Shown here in pieces: positions 15,515 through 30,280 of a stretch of DNA of 64,000 bases (position 1 is its first letter; each line of letters begins with the position of its first letter). The notes under the pieces are model-generated. The model ran no database searches. It was given only the letters and a program-made list of their open reading frames with translations, and was not told the DNA's origin. Made by a program: the position numbers and the translations under genes. The DNA comes from Octopus vulgaris (lineage: Eukaryota): positions 35,898,001 through 35,962,000 of the forward strand of contig OX597834.1 in assembly GCA_951406725.2 (NCBI GenBank), given 5' to 3'.

Positions 15515-15880
15515 CTTCCAGTCAAGCCTTGTAAGTTCTCATTTTTAACAGAACACACCATTCGGTTATTCATCAATTCTATCATTCAATCATTTGTCTA
15601 TTCATTTATGCCCTTCATTCATTTATTCTCTTCCAGTCAGGAGACTTACAAAGTTCTGGTTTTTATAGAACATATCATTCGGTTATTCATATATTCTATC
15701 AATCAATAACTGGTTAATTTATTTATGTATTTTTATCATTTCAACGTTTAAATTTTCCATTCAGTAATTCTCTCATTCATATCTTCGTTTGTTCGTTCAT
15801 TCATCCATTCTTCCATTCAAGAAGACAATATTCAAACTGTTTGTATTCCGTTATCCTCAACTTTGATTCTCTCATTCCTT
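15515..15880. repeat. Degenerate ~115 bp tandem repeat
   Basis: ttccagtca...aagttct...agaaca..cattcggttattcat..attctatca recurs at ~15516 and ~15631, with weaker units at ~15756 and ~15811. Confidence 0.6.
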
Positions 15881-15981
15881 TCAATCAAATTTTTGGTATT
15901 TTCTGAGCAAAATTTGAGAACTTATTAATGAAAAACAAAACATAAAGTCAGTAGTCTCTCCAAGTTGAAAGTAATTTTGCA

Positions 15982-16012
<31 letters not shown>

Positions 16013-16639
16013 CATACACATATATACACACAAACACACACACATATATATACACACATACATGCACACATATACACACACACAAATACACAGAAATATA
16101 CGCACACACACAAATACACATACACACATATACATACATATACATAATATAAACGCATACATATACACAAATATACAGTTACATACATACACACGCACAT
16201 ACACACTCAAATACGCATACATATACGTACACACAAATACACACATACACACACAGAAACACACACAAATATATGTGTTTATGTACATGGTACACGCACA
16301 CACAGATGTATATATACATGCATGCATACATTAGCACATATGTATGTATATGTGTGTGTGTGTGTATAGAGAGATAGAGAGATACGCATACATATACAAA
16401 TAATGTACGCATTACATAATATAGGCATATGATATATATATATATATGAGTGTATGCAAAGGTATATATGTAAATGTATATATAGGCAAGAAAATACCAA
16501 AGGATATATGTCACGCATTAAGATACCCAAACCAGATTATATATATATATATATATATATCCAATATACACGTGTGTGTGTGTATGTGTGTTAAATGAAC
16601 GCATCTGCATTTAATGTGCTCCTACCCCAGAAACAGCTG

Positions 16640-16930
16640 TAAAGAACTACCTATACTTTCCTGTCCATCACTTGAGAGATATTTTTCACCAGTTGTACTA
16701 CGGATTTTAGTTACTTATTCAGATCAAATCACCATATGGGACCTCATAACTTTTTTTCTTCTATATCATTATTGTACGACTTCCATGAATTCGTACCTTT
16801 CTACGCTGAATCCTTACGAAGCTTCTTTCTACGGATTTTCTTGATTCTCCCGTGTATTTATGAATCTTTGTTCTATCTTCCCGTATAAATACGCTCTAAA
16901 TTATTTTGATGCTTTGCAAATGCTTGTTCC
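16640..16930 (-). mobile_element. Possible eroded GIY-YIG region of a Penelope-like element
   Basis: Minus strand gives IYTG.../KYTGES.. and R...H-like pieces in broken frames, reminiscent of the 56070-56250 region. Confidence 0.3.
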
Positions 16931-17078
16931 ATTTTTTTTATATTGTTCATTCATATATAGGTATAATGACAATTCAAATCATGGGTATAACTATTCCGTT
17001 TAATTTATTCATAAGTTTCATTTTATGTGTATCTGTGCGCGCGGACATGTGTGTGTGTATATATACATACATATACAT

Positions 17079-17273
<195 letters not shown>

Positions 17274-17395
17274 ATATATGAAAATGCATAAATTTATGTG
17301 CCCGTGTGTGGGTGTCTACATGCACATGTGTGTATAAATATATATATATGTATCTCTATCTATCTATATATCTATATCTATATATATATATTTGC

Positions 17396-17438
<43 letters not shown>

Positions 17439-18007
17439 TATATGCATGTATGTATGTATGTATGCATGTATGTATATATGTATATATGCATGCATGTATG
17501 CATGCATGCATGCATGTATGCATGTATGCATGCATGTATATATGCATGTATGTATGTATGCATGCATGCATGTATGTATGCATCTATGTATGTATGTATA
17601 TATGCATGTATGCATGTATGTATGTATGTATGTATGTATGTATGTATGTATGTATGTATGTATGTATGTATGTATGTATGTATGTATGTATGTATGTATG
17701 TATGTATGTATGTATGTATGTATGTATGTATGTATGTATGTATGTATGTATGTATGTATGTATGTATGTATGTGTTTATATGTATTGGATCGAGCAGGAG
17801 GCAGATGTATATTGGTAAATAAATCTGTTCTTATTAAAACATATTTCTGAATAAAATGCAGAAACAACTGAAAACCGGAAGTTATGCATCAGCGGCCATT
17901 GCCTCCCATAGCGATTGGGAAACCGCAAACTCTACAGATACTCAGCCAAGTGTCTCCAGCATTAACACACACACACACACGTCTATATATATGTGCGTGT
18001 ATGTATG

Positions 18008-18060
<53 letters not shown>

Positions 18061-18268
18061 ATATATATGTATGTATGTATGTATATGTATATGTATGTGT
18101 GTAGATATGTAGGGGGGTAGATAGATCGATAGATATAGACAGATATATATGAACACATAAATATATATATATATATATATGTATATAAAGAGAGAGAGTA
18201 ACAGAGAAAGAGATGTATATATATATAAATAAATTATTATTTACATGTTTAATAGATTTGTATGTATG

Positions 18269-18335
<67 letters not shown>

Positions 18336-18451
18336 AAAGAGAGTGAAAAAAACTACAGAAGGCTTGTTTTATAAGGTTTGTAGTTTTTTCACTCTTTTCT
18401 ATTTTTGATACATCCAACCACGTGCTTTCACACACTAACTTACTTTCTCAC

Positions 18452-18549
<98 letters not shown>

Positions 18550-18771
18550 TATACATATATATACACATATATATACGCACTCGCACGAACACCACACACT
18601 CACACATATGTACTTTTCGGACATATACAGGCCACACGATGAGAATATCGTAAAAAATTTTGCTATATCCAGATTTAGGTCAAAGATATATTATATATAC
18701 GGCTGTAAACAGAACTGGAGGAGAGCAAATTGTATTAAAGTGCACGAAACACATATCAATATGTGTTTGTT

Positions 18772-18833
<62 letters not shown>

Positions 18834-18897
18834 TATGTATATGTATGTACATATATACATATATATATATACATGTATATAGATATATACATATATA

Positions 18898-19268
18898 TTC
18901 TTTTATTTGTTTTAGTCGTTTGGCTGCGGCCATGCTGGAGCACCGCCCGTAGTCGAGCGCATCAACCCCAGGACGTATTCTTTCTAAGCCTAGTACTTAC
19001 TCTATAGGTCTCTTTTGCCGAAGCGCTAGGTTACGGGGACGTAAACACACCAGCGTCGGTTGTCAAGCGATGTTGCAGGGACGAACACACATATATATAT
19101 TTATATATATACGACGGGCTTCTTTCAGTTTCCGTTTACCAAATCCACTCACAGGGCTTTGGTTGGCCCGAGGCTATAGCAGAAGACACTTGCCCGAGGT
19201 GCCTTGCAGTGGGACTGAACCCAGGCCCATGTTGTTGGTAAGCAAGCTACTTACCACACAGCCACTCC
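18898..19268 (-). mobile_element. tRNA-derived SINE family B (CORE-like body, internal TA/CA microsatellite; resembles octopus OR2-type SINE)
   Basis: Reverse complement has A box TGGCTGTGTGG, B box GGTTCAGTCCC, ggcacc(t)cgggcaagtg CORE-like block and tail ggcggtgctccagcatggccgcag. The family name is from recall and is an inference. Confidence 0.88.
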
Positions 19269-19643
19269 CCCCCCACATATTTATATGTATATATACATGC
19301 ATATATGGGTACAATATAAAAAAAATGTCTAACGCAATGAGAAACGAAAACATAAAAACAAAAACATAGAAACGACCTTTTTTTCAAACAACGAAAAAAC
19401 AGAGTACAAGACATACAACAGAAGGAATATTACCCTTCTTTAGTTGTCACTGTTTCGTCTACTCCGCGTTTTCGAAGGTAAGGATAAGATGCGACTTCAT
19501 TGAAACAGTCCTTCCCGCAAAGCAAATTAAATAAAATTTGGGATTTTTTTAGGGCTTCTTTGGTCGGCCTGAGGCTATAGCAGGAGATACTTGCTTGACC
19601 AAGGTACCACGCAGTGGAACTGAACCCGGAACTATGCTTGCGT

Positions 19644-19707
<64 letters not shown>

Positions 19708-20393
19708 ATATATGTCTTTCTCGCTATTCCCAGTGGCTTTTTGCCACTGGCGCCGCCAAGAGTGAATAATATCAACGTTAAAGGAGCGAAATTGTACAGA
19801 TCTTTTGGACGTTGAGTGATGAGGAATTTGCTCCGGTTTTTCCGCTTGTTATGTCTTTGAAAAATTTCCCGTTTGTTATGTTTTTGTTAAATTTTTGAAA
19901 CACACACACACAAACACACACATATCCATACATATATGTATATATATATATATATGTGTATGTATGTATGTATGTATGTATGTATGTATACATAGAGAGA
20001 GAGACAGACAGACAAATGCATACATACATACATTCATACATACATTCAGGCATACATACGTACATACATAAATGCATACAAACACACATACATACTTGCA
20101 TGCTTGCATGCATACATACATACTTGCATGCATGCATGCATACATACATATATACATACATACTTACCTAAGTATGTAAACCAGGCATCTGTATGTATTT
20201 ATATCTCTTATTCTCATTTCACTTTCAGTCCCCCCACACATATGCTCTCTATCACTCTCCCTCTTTCTTCCTTTCTTTCTTTCCTTCTTTCTTTCTTTCT
20301 CTCTCTCCCTCCTTCTTTCTCTCTTTCTCTCTTTCTCTCTCTCTTTCTTTCTCTCTTTCTTTCTCTCTTTCTCTCTTTCTCTCTTTCTCTTTT

Positions 20394-20428
<35 letters not shown>

Positions 20429-21140
20429 CTCTCTCTCTCTCACTCTCTCTCTCTCTCTCCTTCCCTCCCTCTGCGTGTTTGCGAGCGATCGTCTGCCTGT
20501 GCATCTTCATATGTCCGTGTATTCTCGTTATTGTTTGTGTGTAACTACTCCATATTACAAATGCAGCGCATAACCAATTTGCCAGACAGAAAATATGTGT
20601 GTACTTTACTTAACGACTGATTCTTTCTGCAGAGAAGAAAATATGGAAACAATTACCGAAGAGAAATTGTGTTTGAATTTAGGATGTGATGTGAAAGTCT
20701 ATTTGTGTTAGTTCTAGCATGTAATGGGCTGTGAAAAAGGTCCCGGCCGGGAGTGGGCTTCGAGCAGTTCCTTACATGTTAGCATATTTTCTTAAAAAAC
20801 AGATAAACCTTAACAGAATCTTTGTCAAAATACACTTAGACATGCATTAAATATACATAAATACATATATATACACACATACACACACATATATATATAT
20901 AAACGTTTATTAGATAATAAATCGTATGGTATACACCTGGTAGCTTACCGGTAAAGCACGTTCACTCTCACAGTATTCGTTGGGTATTTGGATAATGAGG
21001 GAGACAGAACATGGAAGATACGAGAATGTTTATTCATTACTATAATTGTTTCGACCCATCTAACATCGATCAATGGCTATATAATAAACAATGGCTATAT
21101 AATACTGTACACTTCAATTAATGCATATATATATATATAA

Positions 21141-21430
21141 TCTTTTATATAAAATCCGTTCTGTCTGTCTGTGTGTGTGTCTTCTAAGATCTCGGGGACA
21201 TCCTCCACCCGATTGCGCTCAATTTTGATATGTAGATACCGACGGTATCAGGGCGAGTATAAGTCTTGAAAAAATTACAAAAATCGATTCCAGGTGAGAA
21301 TGCGATCGATAAAGTCGTAGGAACGTGCATTTGTACGCGCAAGTACATCAGCTGTTGCGATCGATACTACGCGTACGCGAGAAAATTGCACTAAACTTAT
21401 TATTGTCCCAGGTACGTTCTCATAAATTCA
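21141..21430 (+). mobile_element. 5' part of a non-autonomous Helitron-like element
   Basis: A|TC start, tatataaaa and a (CTGT)n stretch mirror the 5' end of the complete Helitron at 37374; no 3' hairpin/CTAG found. Confidence 0.45.
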
Positions 21431-21841
21431 TCATGCATTTCCATCTAAACTTACCTCCAGATAACCCATTTGCATGCATCGTTTTTGTCCTGCTTTTCTT
21501 CCGTGAACCTGTACATAACTGCACCTTCCATTTTTTGTTGTTTTTGTACTGCTTAAAGGCACGTTTCTTTCCTACCAAGCTTACTGTTTAAACCATGTTT
21601 GTGTTCTCCCAGTCAACAGCCTTATCATTACTGGTACTTTAAACTCTCCGGTTGCATATTTGTGTGAATAAAACCGTTTTTCTTTGGAATAGAAAAAAGT
21701 CTATCTTTATTTCTTCTTTTGCTGGTGTCTCAAATTTAGATTAAATCAGTTTTAAATTTGGTTTAAATGTTTGACAGCTCAGCACCGTCCATTGGACGGG
21801 GGCGGGGACGTTTTGCTCGTTCTTATATAAGAACGTTGTAA

Positions 21842-21886
21842 AGAGTGACTTGGAAGTTTCGGCCTGCTAAGCTGTCATCGGACTGT
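21842..21886 (-). ncRNA. Degenerate type I hammerhead motif
   Basis: Minus strand ACAGT-CCGATGA-C-AGCTT AGC AGGCC-GAAA-CTT CC AAG-TC-ACTCT. Confidence 0.55.
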
Positions 21887-22311
21887 GAGGCATGGTAATT
21901 AGTTTTGGCTTTACATAACTTCTGAGTAAAAAATCATCTTCAGGTATTTGAGGTTGGATGGGGTGTTAATTACGTTTTTATGAAAAGGGGTTCGGGGAAA
22001 AAATGCCCACAAGATCACGACCAAAAACGCTCATATACATATGTTTACACATATATATACATACATACATTTATATAGACACATATGCATACATACATAC
22101 ACACATGCGGGAGCACAGTCATAGATACATATATCTATAGACACGTACAGTCATACATATATAGATGCATGCATATGTATATCCATGTATCGGTTTCGAA
22201 TCCTCTTAGCTACACTGCAGACTTGTCACTAAAGCTCTGTTTCTTGTTCCATGTGTTTTTCTTCCTTCTCTCTCTCCCTCACACACATCACACAAATGTA
22301 TGCATATACAT

Positions 22312-22346
<35 letters not shown>

Positions 22347-22401
22347 TACATATATGTATTTATGTAGGTAAGTGGGGGGTCTATGTGTGTGCGTGTATAT
22401 A

Positions 22402-22961
<560 letters not shown>

Positions 22962-22972
22962 CATATACATAT

Positions 22973-23169
22973 TCCCCATGACAAAACTACACTGAATGGC
23001 TTTCTTACGTTATCGAATATGCCTCATGCATATTTGAACTGCTAACAAGTTTGTATTTATTCACATCACTGCTTCCATTCCGTATTTTATTTACGGGCGA
23101 ACCGCCAATTAGCGGAATCAGTCACAGTACGATGACGGGAATATAAGATCTCCCTCTCTCATTCAATCT

Positions 23170-23204
<35 letters not shown>

Positions 23205-23433
23205 ATTCGAAGTGTTTCCCTATCTTTCCCGGTGTGTGATGCTGAGGAGGAAATAACCGCTCCGAAATGCAAGCATCCATCAGCCTGGCTTGGTGACGCT
23301 TCGAACCGATTCGGTTTATTTACACCCATTTGTCCACAGCGAGAAATTTTCTCCATCACAAAATACAGAGAATGGCTTTCTTACGGGTTCCAATATTCGA
23401 ATATGCCTCATGCATATTTCAGCTGGTAACAAG
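22973..23433 (+). mobile_element. Non-coding retrozyme/pLTR-like element: ~377 bp unit with ~80 bp terminal direct repeat
   Basis: 22973-23050 repeats at 23350-23433 (..acaaaa..gaatggctttcttacg..tcgaatatgcctcatgcatattt..taacaagt); contains a hammerhead; flanked by (TA)n. Confidence 0.75.
23237..23282 (+). ncRNA. Type I hammerhead ribozyme, intact core
   Basis: TGATG-CTGAGGA-GGA AATAACCGC TCC-GAAA-TGC AA GCA-TC-CATCA; all three stems pair; predicted cleavage after AUC (C23277). Confidence 0.88.
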
Positions 23434-23452
23434 TCTGCGCGCGCGCATATAT

Positions 23453-23551
<99 letters not shown>

Positions 23552-23555
23552 TGTA

Positions 23556-23597
<42 letters not shown>

Positions 23598-23608
23598 CAT
23601 ACACACAC

Positions 23609-23639
<31 letters not shown>

Positions 23640-23708
23640 CATACATATATGCGTATATATATAAGCATGAATTTATAATATATATTTAATATATATATAT
23701 ACACACAT

Positions 23709-23739
<31 letters not shown>

Positions 23740-25399
23740 ATATATACACACACACACACATACATATATATATGTGTGTGTGTGTCGATGCATATACATA
23801 TATGCTCACATACATGTATGTGTGTCTGTGTATACACACAATTAGATATGCTTAATATGAGTGATTAAGCTGCCCTGCACCCAGTCGCACATGCACGGGT
23901 ATAGAAAGATAAATATGAGAAGAGGTAAGGGGGAGGGGAAGGGAGTCTATAAGTGAGAGAGGGGGAGGAAAGGGGTGAGTGAAAGTGTATGAGTGAGTGA
24001 GTGAGTGAGTAAACAAAAATGAGAAAGAGAGAGAGAGAGGCGGGGGCTGAGAAAAATGAGTAAGGTGGGGTGTTTGTGTGTGTGTGGGCTTATGAGCATG
24101 TATGTGTACATGAGTGAAATAGATAGATAGATAGATACATAGATAGAGAGAGAGAGAAAGAGACAGAGGGAGAAGGAAACAGACAGAGAGAGATTGAGCA
24201 AGGTGTAGTGAGAGTATGAGTGTGTGTACGTGTGTGTATGCCTGTGTATATGTGTGTGTGCTAGTGTACGTGTGTACGTTTTGTGTGTATACGTGTGTGC
24301 GTGTGTGCTTGTGAGTGTGTGTACTTTTGTGTGCCTGTGTGTTTGTGTAAATGTGAATGTGTGTGTGTGTGTGTGTGATTGTACGGAAGTGAGAAAGAGA
24401 GAAGAGAGACTAAAAGAGAAGGAGAGAGTGAGACGGACAGACAGAGAGACAGAGACGAAGGTAGAGGGACGAAACTGATGAAAATGAGGTTTTAGGTTGA
24501 AGTGGAGGATGTTTAGGGAGGCTAAAGAATAAAGAGTAATGAGTGAAGAATAAACAAGCTGACCAGTCCATCGAGACATACAAACTAATAACACAGAGAG
24601 GGAGAGAGAGAGAGAGAAATAGTGAGAGCAAGGGAGAAGGAGAGAATAAGAGAGAGGGGGAGGGCGTTGAACCTTGTTCATAATTCTATTGTCACAAAAA
24701 CTGGGTTTAGAGAAAGAAAGAATACAGAACACGCACACACATGCATACATAAGACACACACATACACACATATGCATACACACATACACATACACACGCA
24801 CGCATACATACTCATACATGCACACCGATAAACGCATGTACTCACACACACACACATATACACATACACACGTATTCTGGATTAATCGATTAGGATTGGT
24901 TGATTTTGATTAAACTGGGTTTAATTTGTTACTGTTCGATCTCTCCCTCTCTCTCTCTTTTTCCTTTTCTTTCTTTCTCCCTCTCACCTTCTTTCCTTCA
25001 CCCTCTTTCCCTCATCCTCTTTCTCTCTCCTTTCTCTCCCTCCCTCTTTCTCTCTATGTCCCTTTCTCCTTTCTCCTTTCTCCTTCTGACCCTTTTCCCT
25101 CTCTGCCGCCCTGTTTCTCTCTCTCATTTCCTCTTTCTCTCTCTCTCACCGTCTTCCTCTCACCCTTCCCCCTCTCTCTCCTTCTCATACTATCGCTATC
25201 AACACCACCACCCTCATCAACATCACCACCACATCCCCTATCACTACTACCTCCACCATCACCAACACCACCATCACTACCGTCACTACCTTCACAAACA
25301 CCACCACATCCACCACCACCACCACCACCACCAACAACAACAACAACTTTCACCAGCAACTACAACATCTACTTCTACCACGACCAATACTTTTTACAG

Positions 25400-25620
25400 C
25401 AGAGGGAGTCCCCAGGTTATTGCTCGGTCTGTAAGAAATGGCAGCCAAACCTCTTTCAAATCGCAACGTCGCCATCTTTCAAAAGACGAAAAGCACGTTG
25501 ACCAATATGATCTTAAGAGATGCATCATGCATGGAAATAATATGGGATGGTTATGGTTGGAATGTCTTTCATTGTTGGCCTACGCGATTTGGGGGGGCTA
25601 TAAAATAACAACGACGACGA
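25400..25620 (+). mobile_element. Old SINE-like repeat family D
   Basis: agaaatggcagccaaacctctttcaaat...atggttatggttggaatg..ggggcta..aacaac is homologous to the reverse complement of 46830-47033 and to the tail at 33640-33710. Confidence 0.55.
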
Positions 25621-26038
25621 CGACGACGACAAACCAGCGACAGGAACAAGAAAAACAACGAGACCGATAATAAGAATATCAAGCTACATCGATCTGGCAT
25701 CTTTCGTTTTTCCCAATACTGCTTTTTGGGAGTCTTTGCCTAGATACATACATACATACACACATATATATATATATAGGGAGAGAGAGAGAGAGGGAGA
25801 GAGAGGGAGAGAGAGTGAGAGAGAGGGAGAGAGAGAGGGAGAGAGAGGGAGAGAGGGACAGAAAGATGGAGAGAGGGAGGGAGGGAGATTAATTTAATAA
25901 TTAATCAACGTATTAACCAGCAATAGTTCCATTTTTCAAATAAGATTAAAATTGCAAAACACACACGCACACACGCATATATATATATTTATATATACAT
26001 GTGTGTGTGTGTATGTATGTTTATAAATAAATATAGAC

Positions 26039-26109
<71 letters not shown>

Positions 26110-26477
26110 CAGGTAGATAGATAGATACATACATACATGGACACATATTATTGTTGCTGTTGCTGTTATTGATATCCTTATTGTTTCTTTCTCAATTGTC
26201 ACCCTTGTGTCCAATATAAGAAATCATTATTAAAAAATATAGAAATCACTCTCCCCCTCCTCCCTATCATCATTTTATCATCATCATCATCATTATTATT
26301 TATTGTAGTTGTAACTGTAGTTGTTGGAATGTCGTCCATTTTTGTGGCTCACATCACGAAGTTGACAATGAAGACAACGGCAGAGTTCGTGATGATAAGA
26401 CTCCATTAATCTAGCAGACGACCGCTGTCAAAAGGGGAATTCCATACACTATCGCTTACTATTCATCATCATCATCA

Positions 26478-26508
<31 letters not shown>

Positions 26509-27376
26509 ACACACGCACACACGTGTGTATATAGATAAATCCGGCGGTGTTTTGCTTTTATCAAAATAATATTTGTAAAGAATTTGTGTTTGGCATTGTT
26601 GTCTTATACTTTTATTCATTTGTTATTTCTTTGGTTTTTTCGTGCAAACGTGAAAGATAAAATTATGTTTACAGGGGCAAAAATAGAAGTCATGGGATCA
26701 TAGGTTTTTTAGGGATGGAAGCAAGAATCAATGAAAGGTTATACAATTAATGAACAGAACAGAACAAACGAAAGGAAACCGAGGGGAATGTTTGCAAGAA
26801 CAATCAAATGTGAACTTCATACAATATGGTCTTCAACCAGAAGAGAGCGTAAAATCAACTCCTTTTCTTCGTCCACACAACATCGTGTGTGATCTTACTT
26901 CACACAGTTATTTATCATACAATGAATCGTCTGCGTTTGTGTGCGCGCCCTAATTCATACAAACTACTTATATGAAATCAACGATTCTAATGGCGAAGTT
27001 TTACTTCATTTAATATCAGATTCATATTTCGTATAGCAAACTATCTGCGGAATTAACTAATTAAACTATTTGTGTGCATCATCCAGTTCATCAAGTTTTG
27101 TCTGTCAATAAAGCTAAGCTCACAAATGGAAATCAAAGAAAGACCAAGAAATCAAGATGGCTGTTGCTGATATAACTTACCGTTTGCCTTCTTTTGGAGT
27201 CGAGTTCGTTTTCTACGTAAAGGCACTTGCTTTAGACATTCAATCTATCTATAGCTATCAACGAATTTTCTCCGGTATCTTCGATTCTGGGCTACTTTTC
27301 CTGCTTCTTTCATTTCTCATGTCCTGTTAGTTTTGAATTGTCATAGATAGATACTTCTGTAAGTTATATCTATCTA

Positions 27377-27438
<62 letters not shown>

Positions 27439-27471
27439 GCTAGCTAGCTATCTGTCTATCTATCTATCTAT

Positions 27472-27561
<90 letters not shown>

Positions 27562-28034
27562 TTGTGTGTGTTCGTATTTGTGTGTATAAGAGTAAGATCC
27601 AGGGATCCAAGTGTAGGAAGTTTGTAAGCTTCAAGCAGTCTGTGGCAGGTAAAGAAACAAGAAGTCGACTCGAGAGGGAACAGTCAGGAACAATAACAAT
27701 TTATTGACGTCAAAGGTTACACATTTTCCCCCTTATCGAAGTTGCGACTCCTGGAGGTAAAACTCTTGACAAAAACAATGAGGTGGCAAAGATATATAAA
27801 AATACACATTTACCGTTCAATTACCAGTTAATAATTATCGCAGCGGTTGCAACGTATTTACACTTACATAGTCACCCTTAAATTAACTATTATATATACA
27901 TACATACATACATGCATACATGCATACATGCATGCATACATACATACATACATACATACATATACATACATACATACATACATACAAGCATACATGCATA
28001 CATGCATGCATAATACATACATACATACATACAT

Positions 28035-28070
<36 letters not shown>

Positions 28071-28488
28071 CATACTGGTAATACAACCGATGTGAAACAT
28101 AGAGCTTCATCAGAGTGAAGAATAAATAAAGCGCATAGAGAAGAATGAGGAAAAGTTAAATATGATAAATATTTTTAGCATGTCAGTGGCAATACCATAC
28201 AATAATTGGAAGCAGAAACAGCTGTTAGATGGGATGCAGTCTATTTGTATTGAATTAATAAATAATAATTGATATAAGTCAATTGTTCTTCATCAGTACT
28301 TCTCCATTTTCTGTTTTCTTTAAATTTTGATTCTTGATAAACTCATGTTTATGCTTGTCTTTACCTTTAATTTATGAGCATAATATGCTTGCGTATATAT
28401 GCCCATGGTTAAACATAGGAAATAAACCGGTAGTGTAATGGATACTTCTATCCCTTGGATGGGTAGTTTAACCTCTAACTCAGCTAAC

Positions 28489-28566
<78 letters not shown>

Positions 28567-29116
28567 TATGTATGTATGTATATCAGAGAGGTAAAGAACC
28601 TGTAGTAAAGTTATGCTTGGAAGAAGCGGGTACAGTAATATTGCGTTCACTAGATTCGAACTGTGTATGCTTCGGCCAGTGTCCTCAGGTTTTATGAACA
28701 CAGCCAACTCATGACTCACCTGTTCTCATCAATACTTTTTGTTCCTGATTTCTAAAATATAACTTCCTTTTCGATCCAGCAGAGAACAATTGAAAATTCT
28801 ATATGGAAATAAAATAGAAAACAAAAAAAAAATAATTGGCAAAGAGGAAGGGTAGGAAAGAAGAGGTAAAAGAGAAAGGCAGGAAGAAATAAAGAGAGAA
28901 AGCGAAAAGAATAAGAGAGAGGGAGAGAAAAGTGAAAGAGAGGGGAAACAGAGGGAAAACAGAGGGAGAGGAAGAGAGGAAAGACAAAGAGGGGAAAGTG
29001 TAATTAGTCGATTTGGGATTTTGTTTGTAATGAAGTATGTTTTCTTTCGTATTTTTAAAAATGTTCTCATCAAAATAGCTCCACACATACACATATATAT
29101 ATGTATACATATATAT

Positions 29117-29190
<74 letters not shown>

Positions 29191-29292
29191 TATATACATA
29201 TATACATACATACATGCATACATATATATAAATATATATATGCGTGTGTGTTTGTGTGCGCATATCTATGTATATACCGCAACGCAGTGACC

Positions 29293-29343
<51 letters not shown>

Positions 29344-29524
29344 TGTGCATGTATATTTAATTTACATGTATATATATATATATACATTTATATATATATA
29401 AATGTATATATATATATATATGAATGTATGTACGTATCTATATATGTACATGTACATATATGTATATTCTTACAGATATGTACACACGCGAATCTATGTG
29501 CACGTGTGTACACACTCAACACAA

Positions 29525-29567
<43 letters not shown>

Positions 29568-29803
29568 TGAGAGACAGAGACAGACAGAATGATCGAACAA
29601 GCATGAATAAAGAGTGAATTTATACAACCAAAATATGACGTTACTCTAAGAGCATTACTACTGTTAGTTTCACACAACATGTATTCAGAATCGGAGATCC
29701 TATAAATGGACAAACCTGACCAAAGCCAGACTTCTTTTTCCAGCCAGTTTTAAACTGGCAGTTGAGATTTTCCTACAGGTGATTATATGTACGTGCACGT
29801 ACA

Positions 29804-29839
<36 letters not shown>

Positions 29840-29875
29840 TGTGTGTGATGAGAATATATCTAGCTGTGTATTTAT

Positions 29876-29913
<38 letters not shown>

Positions 29914-29954
29914 CTTATGCACACATACACATTCGTACACACATACATACAGAC

Positions 29955-30050
29955 ATACGCTGAATCTCCCCGAGAACTACTTTAAGGGTACACGTGTCTG
30001 TGGAATGCTCAGCCACTTGCACGTTACTTTCACGAGCAGGCTGTTCCGTT
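29955..30050 (+). mobile_element. SINE family C 3' fragment
   Basis: acgctgaatctccccgagaactac..aagggtacacgtgtctgtgg.. matches the reverse complement of 49430-49527. Confidence 0.8.
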
Positions 30051-30095
30051 TTCATTGTAAGACTAGCACTTATTCTGTCGCAGTCTATTAAGACT

Positions 30096-30280
30096 GCGAG
30101 ATGGCAGAATCGTTAGCACGCTGGGCAAAATGCTTAGCGGCATTTCATCCATCTTTTACGTTCTGAGTTCAAATTCCGCCGAAGTCGACTTCGCCTTTCA
30201 TCGTATCGGAGATCGAGAAAATAAGTACCAACTGAGTAGTGAGGGTCAATGCCATCGGCTTAGCCCCCTCCCTACAAATT
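30096..30280 (+). mobile_element. SINE family A copy
   Basis: tggcagaatcgttagcacgctgggc...gagttcaaattccgccgaagtcgac...aagtacca. Confidence 0.85.

Noticed and set aside
15515-15880. CRISPR-like repeat-spacer array
   Set aside because: Eukaryotic context, long degenerate units, no constant short repeat with unique spacers and no cas genes.
19731-19751. GC hairpin CCAGTGGC-TTTTT-GCCACTGG as a Helitron end or terminator
   Set aside because: No downstream CTRR or U-tract and no matching 5' end.
21030-21060. 3' half of a hammerhead (GGGTC-GAAA-CAATTA-TA-GTAATG, minus strand)
   Set aside because: The CUGANGA half is missing, so the call cannot be supported.
28095-28300. CTGATGA words on the minus strand at ~28107 and ~28290 as hammerheads
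   Set aside because: No matching stem II closure, GAAA or stem I partner found; at best truncated relics.
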